A stretch of 58,239 bases of DNA, taken from the NCBI GenBank assembly GCA_019973975.1, contig BMAO01019611.1:76564-134802 (forward strand), read 5' to 3'. The stretch comes from Trichonephila clavata (Eukaryota). The translations under genes and the position numbers were made by a program. This document shows positions 35,811 through 48,732 of this stretch, piece by piece. Position 1 is the stretch's first letter. Every line of letters starts with the position of its first letter. A model generated the notes under the pieces. That model was not told the DNA's origin and did not search any database. It saw only the letters and a list, made by a program, of their open reading frames with translations.

Positions 35811-37742
35811 ACACAATAATATAAGCACCATCACAAGAATAGATTTTATCGCAGTTCCTTCTTCAATTAAATGTCGTTAATTAATAGCGGACCTGCTTGG
35901 AAGACTTAAGATTTGAGACACTTCAAATCCCGTTACATTACTAACAGCTCATGCAACTGGATCTTCAATTTGGCAACACTTGAAATTGATTCACATTCTG
36001 ATTCAATAACTGGATCAATTTATATACAAAAACCATTAAGTGTAGCAGAAGGACTAGATAAAGTTATCAAAGAGGTATATGCACCAATGCAATCTATTAT
36101 ATTTGGACACTGTCATCAAAAATTCAAAAAGAAATGTCTCCTTTTTTAAAATGGAGGAAGACGTGGTGACTACTTGAAAAGAACATACTCCTATTTAATG
36201 ACGATAATACCTACTAGTAAAGAATTCGAAGATGCATTTTCTACGGTAGGACAATTTGTTACAAAATAAGAAGCCGTTCCAACGATGAAACACTGAAGGA
36301 GCTGCGTTTTTATAAGGTTATTTACAAAAACACAAGAAATGAAGAAATGCTTTTTTTTTTAAAATTTCATTAAGCTTTTATTTGTTATTATTTTTATTTA
36401 TTTTTCATGATGAATTAATTTTTATTGGTTTCATTAAAATATTAAATCAATTTTTAATTATATTTTTAGTTTTATTATGCAATTTCAACTATGCTAATAT
36501 GTAAGTATTTTTAATAAATAGTTCAGTCCTAATCCCGGGATTTGGATAATGTAATACCGAAATCCCAGGATTGAAAATATGACACAGGATTGCAAACCCT
36601 ATAGTCATTGGCGTCTCGCTTTACCACACACAATGTTAAAATCTAGTCATCTTATCTTTTGATGAAGTAGAAATTCTAATGAATTGTGCTGAAAAAATAA
36701 ATTAGCTAAAGCTTTATTAATGATAGCATATGAAGAGAAATTTAAACAACTGTTGTATTCTGAAAATGCTTCCAATACAGAAAGAGAGAAAGAAGTAGAG
36801 GAGTCTGTTTCAACAGTCTGACAAACGCATCTCTTTTATTAGCACAGAGGTTCTTAATCGCCTTTTTTTGAAAAATAAGTCGAACCCATCTTCGTCTCTT
36901 GTCCTACCTCTTCAATGCCAAGACCTTTCAATTAAATTTTTCACTAACATTCCTCTAATTGACGATAGAAAGATTGAAATTTATGACCCTGATGCCTCTT
37001 TTAATCGACCAAGAAATATACTTTTATAATTCTAATTTTCATTCTATATTTCGGCAACTTTCTAGTCATCATATTTTTACTTTCTCGATAACACCCATTC
37101 TTCCCAAGTAAAACTGCCCGACCAATAGCAAGGCTATCTTTGAGGCTCTCCTCATTCCCAAAACTGAATTCACTCTTAACTTTTTCCGGCTCATAACCTG
37201 CATGACACACCCCTCAACGAGTAGCTATTCCCTGATTGGATTTCTCAATTTTTACTATCTCAAATCTAACATGACAAATTAATCAGTAAAGTCAACAACC
37301 AATTTGTGAAGATAGGGGATAAAGACCTCTTATGAATCACGTGCCCCATTCAACATCCTACGTTCTTCAATGCTAACCAAATTGCAAATTATCCCTTTTA
37401 TAGCAATCTATACTTATACTTAACTAGTTAGAATAAACTCAGTAGTATGATTCTCAACAACAATTTTCCGTGCCGCATAATGAGCAGAAATCCGCCGAGT
37501 GTACAAAAAAAGTTTTAGTGTGAATCGAACAACGAAAAAATATATACTTTCTACTCTGCCCGCATTGAGTGACCGCCTTGGTGAGAATGAGCCTTTCAAA
37601 TGATAGATTTATTTTACTGATTGCAGACAGCAGGGAATAAGGTAAATTATTATTAGTATTTTACAGATATGAGTTGGCCCAGTCCCTTGTGAAATATCAG
37701 CATATATACATTCTTACTTACCTAATAATGATGGTTATTTAA

Positions 37743-39860
37743 AATGAGTTACAAATATCAATTGCAAGCAGGGAAAAGGAAAAAGTTTGAGGAAGAGGTT
37801 AAGAAAAATTTACCAAAAATGACAACTTTTCTTGCTAAAGATACAGTTGATAAATACCAGGAAATATGATGTACTTATTTGTTAGACATAACCGAGATAA
37901 TTCCTGAATCTGCATCTTTAGTAAATAAAAGTGAAAATAAAGGGAAACCAGATGAATCAGAAAATGACAATAAATCGGATGTACTCCAAAAAATTTATGA
38001 AATACCTGTGATATCAAAATGGCCTGATATTAAGAGTGATGATTTTATTACAAATGTAATGATTCAGAAAATAAAAAGTTATCCCCTAGAAAATACTGAA
38101 CAAATTATATCATGAGGGGGATAAATAAATGATTGAAGTTTAAATGAGAGCAATTTTTTGAGAATAAAGCCTGAAGGAGACAAAGAAAAGAGAGACTAGA
38201 AAAAAAAATAGTTTAACTAATTGAGGACACACTGACGGGAAACATTTGATTATCCTGCTCAAATCTCATGAGGAAAGCAAGTCTTATTTGAATTCTATGG
38301 TTGCGCTAATAACAAGATTATCCCTTATTGGAGGAGTAGATGTTGGCTTGAAAGGAAGCGAAGCTGAAGATTTTGAGAATTGTTATCATTAAATGACTTG
38401 CTTCTCAAGAATTAGCTTTTCGGGGATCCACTGAGGATATAATTAAGTTGCCTTGTGTATTTGGCTAAATTTGATTACTTACTATCCGAGCATTTACAGC
38501 AATATGTGAATAAAGGAAAAGGGTCAGTAAGCTATCTATCTCACCAAATATGCAATTAATTCCTGAAATTGATAAAAATAAAACTTCCATAGAAGAAATT
38601 AAAGAAGCCAAATACCATTATTGTAGACTCCACCCCAGATATAAGTCATCATGACCAGCTTACGTTTATTCTTAAGTATATGAATGACAATACAGTGATT
38701 GAGATATTCTTGGGATTTATTCAGTTGGGGAGGCACACAGCGGAATATTTAACAGAAATAGTTATAAAAAATTGAATGAGTTAGGATTAGATGTTGAAAA
38801 TTGTCAAGGACAAACGTATTATAATGCCGCAAATATGTCGGTGTCACAAAGGAGTACAGGCAAGAGAGAATTGTCACCTAATGCTATTTATGTGGCATGT
38901 TCAAATCATTCATTGAATCTTGTAGTTAATTTTGCATGTGAGTCCGGCATGGAAGTAACTAACTATTTCACAACTGTATAACAATAAGTATTTACACGTT
39001 CTTCTCGGCTTCCCCTTAAAGATGGGATCTTACTGCAAAGCTGTAAAACGGTTAATTGAAATTAGATAGTCTGCCCAATATGAAGCAGTAAACGCTTTGC
39101 ATAAAAACTACAAGGCAATAAAAAAAAAATTTTCCAACTAAGCAATAATACAGAAGAGAAATCTGCAGTTAAAACAAAGCGAAGGCTCTGTACAATAAAA
39201 TGGACACTTTCAAAACAGCGCTATTAACATAGATTTGGACAAGGATTTTGGAACGAGTGAATGCAACCAGCAAAACTTTACAAACCACGGACATGGATAT
39301 ATCACTTGGAGTAGAACAAATGACATCTTAGTTGCAGAAATAAGAGAACACTTTAATGAAACTGAGATAGAAACGAAAGATTTTTTTTCGATGGCGAGGA
39401 TACCAAAAACATACATTCTAAAGATGAACTTAAAAGAGAGAAGAGGCGAAAAGTATTTTTTTCTGAAACAACTGAAAACAAAATCCCATCAAAAGTGAAA
39501 GAAAGGTTCAGAATTGAAGTATTTAATGAGATATGCGGCAATATTACTCGAGAGCTTAAAAAAAGATATAATGTTATGAAGAAGTAACATCAGCATATAA
39601 ATGTTTCTTCACCCTAGACATGGAGGAAATCAAAATATCAAATGAAATTTGTGTGAGAAATATAGATATAATATTGAAGAAACCAAAGAATATTTATACC
39701 AAAACAAAATTATTCATCTTCAAGAATTTTGCAAACATTTAAACAAAAACACAATTTATGAAAAATCTGAGTTTGTCCAGATGACGAAATCAACTTTTCC
39801 AAATATTCGAACTCTATTGCAAATTTATTTAATGATACCCATTTCTAAAGCGTGAGAACG
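37743..39860 (+). pseudogene. Second hAT (ZMYM1-like, DUF4371 + hAT dimerisation) transposase, frameshifted. It is related to, but diverged from, the one at 15874-17300.
   Basis: …AKYHYCRLHP/ISHHDQLTFILKYMNDNTVIEIFLGFIQL…, MNELGLDVENCQGQTYYNAANMSVSQRSTG…AIYVACSNHSLNLVVNFACESG, …FPNIRTLLQIYLMIPISKA(*)ERS(*)S. The spacing to the terminus matches copy A. Confidence 0.65.
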
Positions 39861-40189
39861 ATCTTAAAGTATTACGAATAAAAACATACTTAAAGTCTAA
39901 TTTGAGTAAAGAGGACGATGCATTGTCAGTATTATATAGACTATAACGCTAAGGAAACACTTAATACTGATACTATCATATATCAGTTTGCCAATATTAA
40001 GTCACAAAAGGAGTATCGTAATTTTTGTTGTGTTATATGTTATATCTTAGAATGTATATGTTTTTAATTTTACCCTTTTATGTTATATTTTAAAAAATGT
40101 TTCTATTTTAAATATTATTCAAGAAAAATACTTTTATTTTTATATGTATTTTCAGAATAAAAAATTAAATATTAATTTATATTTCATTT

Positions 40190-40261
40190 GTTAGCGGATC
40201 CAAGATCCCCTCTTTGTATCCGCCAGAGCCAAGGGCCCCAAACAAGCTTTAACCAGCACTG
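40190..40261. repeat. Right terminal region of the second hAT element (…GCCAAGGGCCCCAAACAAGCTTTAACCAGCACTG)
   Basis: Homologous to the right end of the 11679-17650 element (…GGGGCCCCAAACC…CTAGCTTAATCCGCCTCTG) and to the MITE end (…TAATCCGGCACTG). The left terminus was not found. Confidence 0.5.
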
Positions 40262-40708
40262 AACTATACAGTATACTAATAAATACATTAATATTTCACT
40301 TTTTAATGTTTTCTCATTACAAGTATAGATATTCATAATCAAATAAAAATTATATTTATTTTCACATTTTACTATAAGAAAACAATATTAAAGTTTTGAA
40401 AAAATTCTTTCTGAAAATACTGTGAATAAAATGCAAACTACATAAAAAAAATTACGAAACAATCTATGCATAAGGTTTTCTATCCATTAAAAAAGCACAA
40501 GTTTTTATTAAAGTTTAAACAAAAGAAATTCTACATTCTTCAAAGTATTCCATAGTTCATATTTTTCTCTAGTTTAAAAGTAACATGTCTGAAAGAAATG
40601 TCCTGAGAGAAAGCAATGCTGCATATTTCCCTAACATGACTTTTCCTTCCTATGTATATGTAAATATACTTTAAATGACTGGTTTAGGAAAATGCCTAGT
40701 AGCACATC

Positions 40709-41367
40709 TCACAAAGTTTTTTCCTTGGTATGAATCTGTAAATGTTTTTCTAAGCAATGATTTTGTGAAAAACCTTTTTTACACATTTGACAAACATAAG
40801 GCTTTTCATTTGTGTGAATGTGTAAATGTGTTTTTAAATTAGCACTTCGAGAAAAAGACTTTTTGCATATTCCACAAACATGAGGCTTTTCTGCAGTATG
40901 TATCAATAAATGCATTTTTAAATTACTACTTCGAGAAAAAGACTTGTTGCATATTTCACAAACATAAGGCCTTTCTTTTGTATGAATACGTAAATGATTT
41001 TTCAAATCAGAATTATATCAGAGAAACACTTATTGCACATTTCACAAACATAAGGTCTCTCCTTTGTATGAATACGTAAATGTCTAATTAAATCACAACT
41101 AACATAGAAAGACTTATTGCATATTTCACAAATGAAAGGCTTTTCTTTGGTATGAATCAATAAATGTCTTTTTAAATGACATTTTTGAGAGAAACCCTTG
41201 TTGCAGCTTATACAAACATGAGGCTTTTCCTTTGTGTGAATACGTAAATGTACTATTAAGTTACTTCTTTGAGAGAATGACTTGTTGCATGTTTCACAAA
41301 CATGAGGCGTTTTATTGCCATGAACCTTGAAATGACACCTTGAGTTATCATATAAAGTGAAAGCCAT
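40709..41367 (-). pseudogene. C2H2 zinc-finger gene copy 1 (7 fingers), disrupted by a 2-bp insertion/frameshift at ~41003-41020. It also has a small deletion at the N-terminus relative to its paralogues.
   Basis: Minus ORFs 41002-41373 and 40709-41005 are both strings of …[16 protein letters not shown]…H…IH fingers. AATTATATCAGAG here versus AATTATCAGAG in the paralogue at 47870. Confidence 0.7.
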
Positions 41368-42890
41368 TTTCACTAAGATTTTTCACAGCTGTTTAAATAC
41401 ATAAGTCTATTTAAAATCCACAATAAAGAAAATGGGTCTTGCCGTCTTGAACAAAACAGGAGTTTATATTTAAGCCTTCTGTAAAAAAACAAAGTATTCT
41501 TCAGTATGATGTTGAAAATGTAATCAGAATTTTATTCTACATTTTAATTTATGAAAGAAAAAAACCAGCTGGGTATCACAGCTTCATAGAACTGGGTAAG
41601 AATTTTTCCCCTTATATTTGAAGAAATTATTTGGTTCTTTTAGATAGGATTTTTACTGAAATGATCAAAATCTAAAAAATATATATTAAATATTAGTTAC
41701 TACAAAAATATATTCAAGTACTACTTTAGAACTATGATCAGGTTAACACAAGCAAAATGACAAGAAATTATAAGAATATCAGGATAAAATGAAAATACCT
41801 TCTTGAAGAAGAATTCAAAGAGGATATGCATTGTGTAATGGTACAAAAAAACAAGGAAAATTATAAAATTGGAAAGAAAAAAAAACACTGTAAGGCCTAT
41901 ATTTTACCTGTTTGACTTTTGATCTCAATTATGGTTCAAATTACAATTAACAAAAGCTACTTGCAATATACAACCTAATTTTTAACAATGTAACAATATC
42001 ATGGGAGAAGATGTTTGAAATTAGAAAAAGATACTCTTTGTAATCTTTTGATTTACACTTTTTTTATGAAAAGAAAATTTTACACCAGAAATTATGCAAG
42101 AATTAGACTACTCTCCTACCATGGTAACACAAAAGATATATACTCATACTTTATAACTGAAGAAACTTAAGAATAACTTTATTGAAAGAATGGGCTGGAT
42201 CCTAGCTGAGCACACTTCATGGCGACAAAATTTTTGTGATAAAAGTTTACAATATGGTAAGCCTGCAAAATTTAGGAAATAGTAACCCTATTCGGACTGC
42301 ATTTTTTCAGTTTTTCCTGATTTGGACAGCAGTCCTTTTTTTCCTGACGGTCAACTTGAAGACGTGTAAGATTTTTCTAGAAAGCTAAAATTGAAAGAAT
42401 GAGTGGATTTTTTTTCTTTTTTTTAAAAAAAATGAAACAACTGCTGAAAGAATCTTTGTTAGACAGAAAAGGAGATGTGTTGATAAATCCAATTTGGACG
42501 ATGGTTTTTCTCACTATTGCATCTTGCAAGCACTGGTTTTTCTGTTTCTTCTTGAAGCCATTATGGAAACCACGTTAATGTTTTGAAAAAAAAAAAACTT
42601 CTTCCTTAAAATATTACGAATAAAATGTCAAACTATATGAAAAAGACTTATTAAAAAACTTACATATAAGGTTTTCCAGTTGTTATTAAAGTTGAAACAA
42701 AAGAAATCCTACATTCTTCAAAATATTCCACAGCTCACATTTTTCTTTGGTTTAAAAGTAACATGTGTATGAAAGAAATGTCTCGAGAGAAAGAAATGCT
42801 GCATCTTTCCCAAACATGACTTTTCCTTTCTATGTACATGTAAATATGTAATTTAAATTACTGGCTTTGGAAAATGCCTAGTAACACATC

Positions 42891-43715
42891 TCACAAAGTT
42901 TTTTCCTTGGTATGAATCCGTAAATGTTTTTTTAAGCTATTACTATGTGAAAAACTTTTTTTACACATTTGACAAACATAAGGCTTTTCCTTTGTGTGAA
43001 TACGTAAATGTCTTTTTAAATCAACAGCTTGGGAAAACCCCTTGCTACACATTTCACAAATGTGGGGCTTTTCTTTGGTATGAATCAATGAATGTCTTGC
43101 TAAATGACCACTTCGAGAAAAAGAATTGTTGCATATTTCACAAACATAAGGCTTTTCTTTTGTATGAATACGTAAATGTCTTTTTAAACCAACAGCTTGA
43201 GAAAAACTCTTGCTGCATATTTCACAAACATAAGGCTTTTCCTTTGTATGAATGCGTATATGTCTTTTTAAATCCCAACTAACATAGAAAGACTTATTGC
43301 AGAATTCACAAACATAAGGCTTTTCCTTGGTATGAATCTTCAAATGTTTTTTCAAAGAACCAGTATGATTAAAACACTTATTGCACACTTCACAAATGTA
43401 AGGCTTTTCATTGGTATGAATCGATACATGTTTTTTTAAATCACAAAATGCTGAAAAACCCAGGTTGCAGCTTTCACAAACATGAGGCTTTTCTTTTGTA
43501 TGAATATATAAATGTTGTTTTAAATTACCAGCCTGAGAAAAACCCTTGTTGCATATTTCACAAATGTAAGGCTTTTCATTGGTATGAATCAATAAATGTC
43601 TTTCTAAATGACTTTTTTTAGGGAAAGACTTGTTGCATATCTCACAAACATGAGGCTTCTTATTGACATGAACCTGCAAATGACACCTTGAGTTATCATA
43701 TAAAGAGAAAGCCAT
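42891..43715 (-). CDS. C2H2 zinc-finger protein, ~9 tandem fingers with HTKEKPY linkers. This is the intact copy, with ATG at 43715 (the listed 43745 start is GTG).
   Basis: [83 protein letters not shown]… ending …[12 protein letters not shown] candidate 3' splice acceptor (TCTTACAG) lies 14 nt upstream of the ATG on the coding strand. Confidence 0.8.
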   Translation of the reverse strand: MAFSLYDNSRCHLQVHVNKKPHVCEICNKSFPKKSHLERHLLIHTNEKPYICEICNKGFSQAGNLKQHLYIHTKEKPHVCESCNLGFSAFCDLKKHVSIHTNEKPYICEVCNKCFNHTGSLKKHLKIHTKEKPYVCEFCNKSFYVSWDLKRHIRIHTKEKPYVCEICSKSFSQAVGLKRHLRIHTKEKPYVCEICNNSFSRSGHLARHSLIHTKEKPHICEMCSKGFSQAVDLKRHLRIHTKEKPYVCQMCKKSFSHSNSLKKHLRIHTKEKTL

Positions 43716-45587
43716 TTTACCAATTTTCACTGTAAGATTTTCCACAGATAAGTCTAGTTAAAATCCACAATAAAGAAATGGATCTTGCAGTCTTGAACAG
43801 AATAGGAGTTTTTATTCAATCCTTCTATAAAAAAACAAAAAATATTTTTCAGTAAAATGTTGAAAATGCAATCAGAATTTTATTCTACATTTCAATTAAT
43901 GAAAGAAAAAAATTAGCTGGGTATCAGATTTTTAAAGAATTCGGTAAGAGAACTCCCCCCCCCCTTATATTCGAAGAAATTGGTTGGCTTTTAGACAGGA
44001 CTTTTACTGAAATGATTAAAATCAAAAAAATATATATGAAATATTAGTTACTGAAAATATATTCAAATACTACTTTAGAACAATGCTCAGGTTAACATAA
44101 GCAAAATGACAAGAAATTATAAGAATATCATGATAAAATGAGAATACCTTCTCCCGAGAATTCAAAGAGGATATGCATTGTGTAATGGTACAAAAAAACA
44201 AGGAAAATTATAAAATTGGAAAAGAAAAAAAAAAGCACTGTAAGGCCTATATTTTATCTGTTAGACTTTTGATCTCAATTACGGTTCAGATTACAAGTGA
44301 CAAAAGCTACTGGCAATATACAACACAATTTTTAACAATAAATCACAATATCATTGGAGAAGATTTTTGAAATTAGAAAAAGATACTCTTTGTAATCTTT
44401 TGATTTACACTTTTTTTATGAAAAGAAAATTTTACACCAGAAATTATGCAAGAATTAGACTACTCTCCTAGCATGGTAACACAAAAGATATATACTCATA
44501 CTTTATAACTGAAGAAACTTAAGAATAACTTTATTGAAAGAATGGGCTGGATCCTAGCTGGGCACACTTCTTGGGGACAAAATTTTTGGTGATAAAAGTT
44601 TACAATATGGTAACCCTGCAAAATATAGGGAATAGTAACCCTATTCAGACTGGATTTTTTTAGTTTTTCCTGATTTGGACAGCAGTCATTTTTTTCCCTG
44701 ACGATCAACTTGAAGACGTGCAAGATTTTTCTAGAAGGCTAAAATTGAAGGAATGAGTGGATTTTTTTTCTTTTTTTAAAAAATGAAACAACTGCTGAAA
44801 GAATCTTTGTTAGACAGAAAAGGAGACATGTTGATAAATTCAATTTGGACGATGGTTTTTCTCACTATTGCATCTTACAAGCACCGGTTTTTCTGTTTTC
44901 TTCTTGAAGCCATTATGTAAGCCACATTTTCTTTTTTGAAGCTCAGCAAATGGATATATTTTCTTTTGAATGAAAGATGTAAGAAAGAAATGCTTGCTTT
45001 TTGAATGAGTAAACAATTGAAAATACTTCGGTAAGAATAGATGTCCAAAATATGAAAATAATTTGTTTTTGAGAGAAATGGAGATCGTTATTTCATCAGC
45101 CTAAGGCATTCATATTGGACCCCCCCCCCCCACTGTAGCGTTTTAGAAGCATTGCTTGTTCAGTTTTTCTTGTTGAAGTTGTTTTAGAAACCACATTTTC
45201 TTCATAAAAACACGACAGATGTATTTTTTTTAAATAAAAGATAAGGAATTAATGATTGTTTTTTGTACGAATGAAAGATTGATAGAATCTTGTAATAGAT
45301 GACCGAAATTTGCATTTAATTTCTTATTTTTAATTTTATGTTCCCTATGTGTCCGTCTTAGAAACCACATTTTTCGTCTCTTGATGCCACTTTGAAAACC
45401 ACATCTTCATCTCTGACACAATTTTGAAAAATGAATTTTTTTACTTGACGCCATTTAGCGAAAAACTTTTGTCGCTAAATACAGCAACGTGCTGCGCTAG
45501 GATTTTACCAAAGAATGAATAGGACCTATTAGCTAATTTATCTTGGATACAATTTCATAAGAGCCTTTGTTTCTTATGTTGCATGAC

Positions 45588-45694
45588 ATGCAGTGGTGTA
45601 ACAGAGAATATTAGGGCCCCCTGCAAAGTCAGGTTTTGGGCCAATCTAGAACCCTGGCCTCCCCCATGATGTGGGGCTATACGTTACACCACTG
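45588..45694. mobile_element. 107-bp MITE-like element with perfect 12-bp TIRs CAGTGGTGTAAC…GTTACACCACTG and an internal GGGCCCCC palindrome. It belongs to the same GGGCCCC-rich family as the 12122-12287 MITE, and degenerate relatives lie at 13023-13075 and 12730-12790.
   Basis: TIRs read directly. No TSD was recognisable. Confidence 0.45.
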
Positions 45695-45721
45695 GTGTCC
45701 AGCATCCTGTAGCCCTGTGTA

Positions 45722-46035
45722 AACCCTGCTATGTAGAAGAGACAATGCACGGTAAATCTATAAAAGCTAAAAGATTTCAAGTTCTGAGAATTGGGTGAGA
45801 GCTCAACTATTGCCCTTGTTACCTATTGTGGTTCAAAATTATAAGGTGCATTTGAAATAGTTCTTGTCTTGATTCAAAGTGTGATGTACATAAGTAGTCA
45901 AGAAAATCCAGGAAATAAAGTATGTTATTGGATCATTCTAGTCTTATTTGGGATACAAGGGTAATTTTAGCAAAAATAATAGAAATTTTCACGAACATTT
46001 TTTTAAGCTTCACTTTATAGCACTGATAAAAAAAA
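45722..46035. repeat. Dispersed ~310-bp repeat, with a second copy at 49746-50060
   Basis: …CCATGTAGAAGAGACAATGCA…CAAGTTCTGAGAATTGGGTGAGAG…GTGGTTCAAAATTA(T/C)AAGGT…GATTCAAAGTGTGATGTACATAAG…CCAGGAAAT(A/G)AAGTATGTTATTGGATCATT…TTATTTGGGATA… is shared by both copies. Confidence 0.75.
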
Positions 46036-47299
46036 ACCACTTTATGTAATGCAGTAAAAGGTCATGGTCCCTGTAATTATAATTAAGCTGAAATGATAAA
46101 TAAAATTCCTCACTATATCCAAACCAGGAAAGGTAAACTTCATTTAATAAGCAACATACCCATTTCTGGAATTGTAACTCAATTTAAAAATTTTGTTGCT
46201 ATTAACATTTAAAAAGATTCCCCATGTTATATAACTATCAATATTCCTTTGAAGTAGCCTTGAAAGAAAACCCTCTTATAATAAGAAATAATGAATTTCT
46301 GTAATAAAAAAAGTTTTAACATAACCATTATGCATCATCACACTGAAAGTACACCCACAAATTTTAGACTTAAATTTCAAATAAATTTTTTGGGGGAGGA
46401 GGGGGGGGTATAGATCACTATACATCAACTATACTCACAATTACACTTATTTTTTCTTTAATGTAACATGAGAATATTACATATAACTGTACAGTATACT
46501 TAAAAATACATCAATATTTCACTTTTTTTATGCTTTTCACTTAGTATAGATTCATAATCAAATAAAGAATATATTTATTTTCACCCTTTTACTCTAAGAT
46601 AATGTTAATGCTTTGAAGAAAAAAAACATATCTTTCTTAAAATATTGCGAATAAAATGTCAAACTATATGAAAACTTACAATATGGTAACCCTGCAAAAT
46701 TTAGGGAATAGTAACCCTATTCGGACTGGATTTTTTCAGTTTTTCCTGATTTGGACAGCAGTCTTTTTTCCCCCTGACGGTTAACTTGAAGACATGTAAG
46801 ATTTTTCTAGAAAGCTAAAATTGAAGGAATGAGTGGATTTTTTTTCTTTTTTTTAAAAAAATGAAACAACTGCTGAAAGAATCTTTGTTAGACAGAAAAG
46901 GAGATGTGTTGATAAATTCAATTTGGACGATGGTTTTTCTCACTTATTGCATCTTACAAGCACCGTTTTTTCTGTTTTCTTCTTGAAGCCATTATGGAAA
47001 CCACGTTAATGTTTCGAGAAAAAAAAACATGTCTTTCTTAAAATATTACGAATAAAATGTCAAACTATAAAAAAAGACTTATGAAAAAACCTATATATAA
47101 GGTTTTCCAGTTGTTATTAAAGTTGAAACAAAAGAAATCCTACATTCTTCAAAATATTCCACAGCTTACATTTTTCTTTGGTTTAAAAGTAACATGTGTA
47201 TGAAAGAAATGTCTCGAGAGAAAGCAATGCTGCATCTTTCCCAAACATGACTTTTCCTTCCTATGTATATATAAATATATAATTTAAATTACTGGCTTT

Positions 47300-48732
47300 G
47301 GAAAATGCCTAGTAGCACATCTCTCAAAGTTTTTTCCTTGGTATGAATCCGTAAATGTTTTTTTAAGCTATTACTATGTGAAAAACTTTTTTTACACATT
47401 TGACAAACTTAAGGCTTTTCCTTTGTATGAATACATTAATGGCTTTTTAAATCAGAATTATCAGAGAAAGACTTATTGCAGATTTCACAAACATAAGGCT
47501 TTTCCTTTGTATGAATCTTCAAATGTTTTTTCAAAGAACCAGTATGATTAAAACACTTATTGCACACTTCACAAATGTAGGGCTTTTCATTGGTATGAAT
47601 CGATATGTTTTTTTAAACCACAAAATGCAGAAAAACCCAGGTTGCAGCTTTCACAAACATGAGGCTTTTCTTTTGTATGAATATATAAATGTTGTTTTAA
47701 ATTACCAGCCTGAGAAAAACCCTTGTTGCATATTTCACAAATGTAAGGCTTTTCATTGGTATGAATCAATAAATGTCTTGCTAAATTACCACTTCGAGAA
47801 AAAGACTTGTTGCATATTTCACAAACATAAGGCTTTTCTTTTGTATGAATACGTAAATGTTTTTTCAAATCAGAATTATCAGAGAAACACTTATTGCACA
47901 TTTCACAAACATAAGGCCTCTCCTTTGTATGAATACGTAAATGTCTTCTTAAATCCCAACTAACATAGAAAGACTTATTGCATATTTTACAAACATAAAT
48001 CTTTTCCTTGGTATGAATCTTCAAATGTTTTTTCAAAGAACTAGTATGATTAAAACACTTATTGCACACTTCACAAATGTAAGGCCTTTCATTGGTATGA
48101 ATCAATATATGTTTTTTTAAATGAGAAAATGCAGAAAAACACTGGTTGCAGCTTTCACAAACATGAGGCTTTTCTTTTGTATGAATATATAAATGTTGTT
48201 TTAAATTACCAGCCTGAGAAAAACCCTTGTTGCATACTTCACAAATGTAAGGCTTTTCATAGGTATGAATCAATAAATGTTTTGCTAAATGACCACTTCG
48301 AGAAAAAGACTTGTTGCATATTTCGCAAACATAAGGCTTTTCCTTCGTATGAATCTTCAAATGTTTTTTCAAAGAACTAGTATGATTAAAACACTTACTG
48401 CACACTTCACAAATGTAAGGCCTTTCATTGGTATGAATCAATATATGTTTCTTTAAATGAGAAAATGCAGAAAAACCCTGGTTGCAGCTTTCACAAACAT
48501 GAGGCTTTTCTTTTGTATGAATATATAAATGTTGTTTTAAATTACCAGCCTGAGAAAAACCCTTGTTGCATATTTCACAAATGTAAGGCTTTTCATTGGT
48601 ATGAATCAATAAATGTCTTTCTAAATGACTTTTTCTAGGGAAAGACTTGTTGCATATCTCACAAACATGAGGCTTTTTATTGACATGAACCTGCAAATGA
48701 CACCTTGAGTTATCATATAAAGAGAAAGCCAT
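47300..48732 (-). pseudogene. C2H2 zinc-finger gene copy 3 (13 fingers up to 47587, then a 2-bp deletion frameshift; 3 more finger-coding repeats and an in-frame stop downstream). It is either truncated or a pseudogene.
   Basis: ORF 47587-48786 (GTG start; ATG at 48732) ends …KKHIDSYQ*, where the paralogue reads [16 protein letters not shown] versus ATACATG at ~47600. The downstream frame carries DLKSH* at ~47450. Confidence 0.7.

Larger units (their letters stand above)
40370..44940. repeat. Two complete ~2.3 kb tandem duplication units of the ZNF locus (unit 1 ~40370-42600; unit 2 ~42600-44940). A third unit plus a partial unit lies at ~46617-49700.
   Basis: Long near-identical blocks: 42610-42890≈47040-47330≈40420-40700; 43746-44590≈48787-49680≈41375-42255; 42256-42560≈44596-44930≈46675-47010. 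Unit junctions are marked by duplicated CTTAAAATATT(A/G)CGAATAAAATGTCAAACTAT. Confidence 0.8.

Noticed and set aside
35402-35894. A complete Tc1 MITE bounded by GGTCCGCTA inverted 9-mers
   Set aside because: Only 9-10 bp match and there is no TA TSD evidence. It is reported only as a Tc1 C-terminal fragment.
42947-43282. Plus-strand ORFs 42947-43282, 47511-47963 and 48129-48380 (…[22 protein letters not shown]… repeats)
   Set aside because: They are exact antisense of the zinc-finger codon repeats. Periodic finger codons keep the opposite strand open, and the sequences carry no protein signature.
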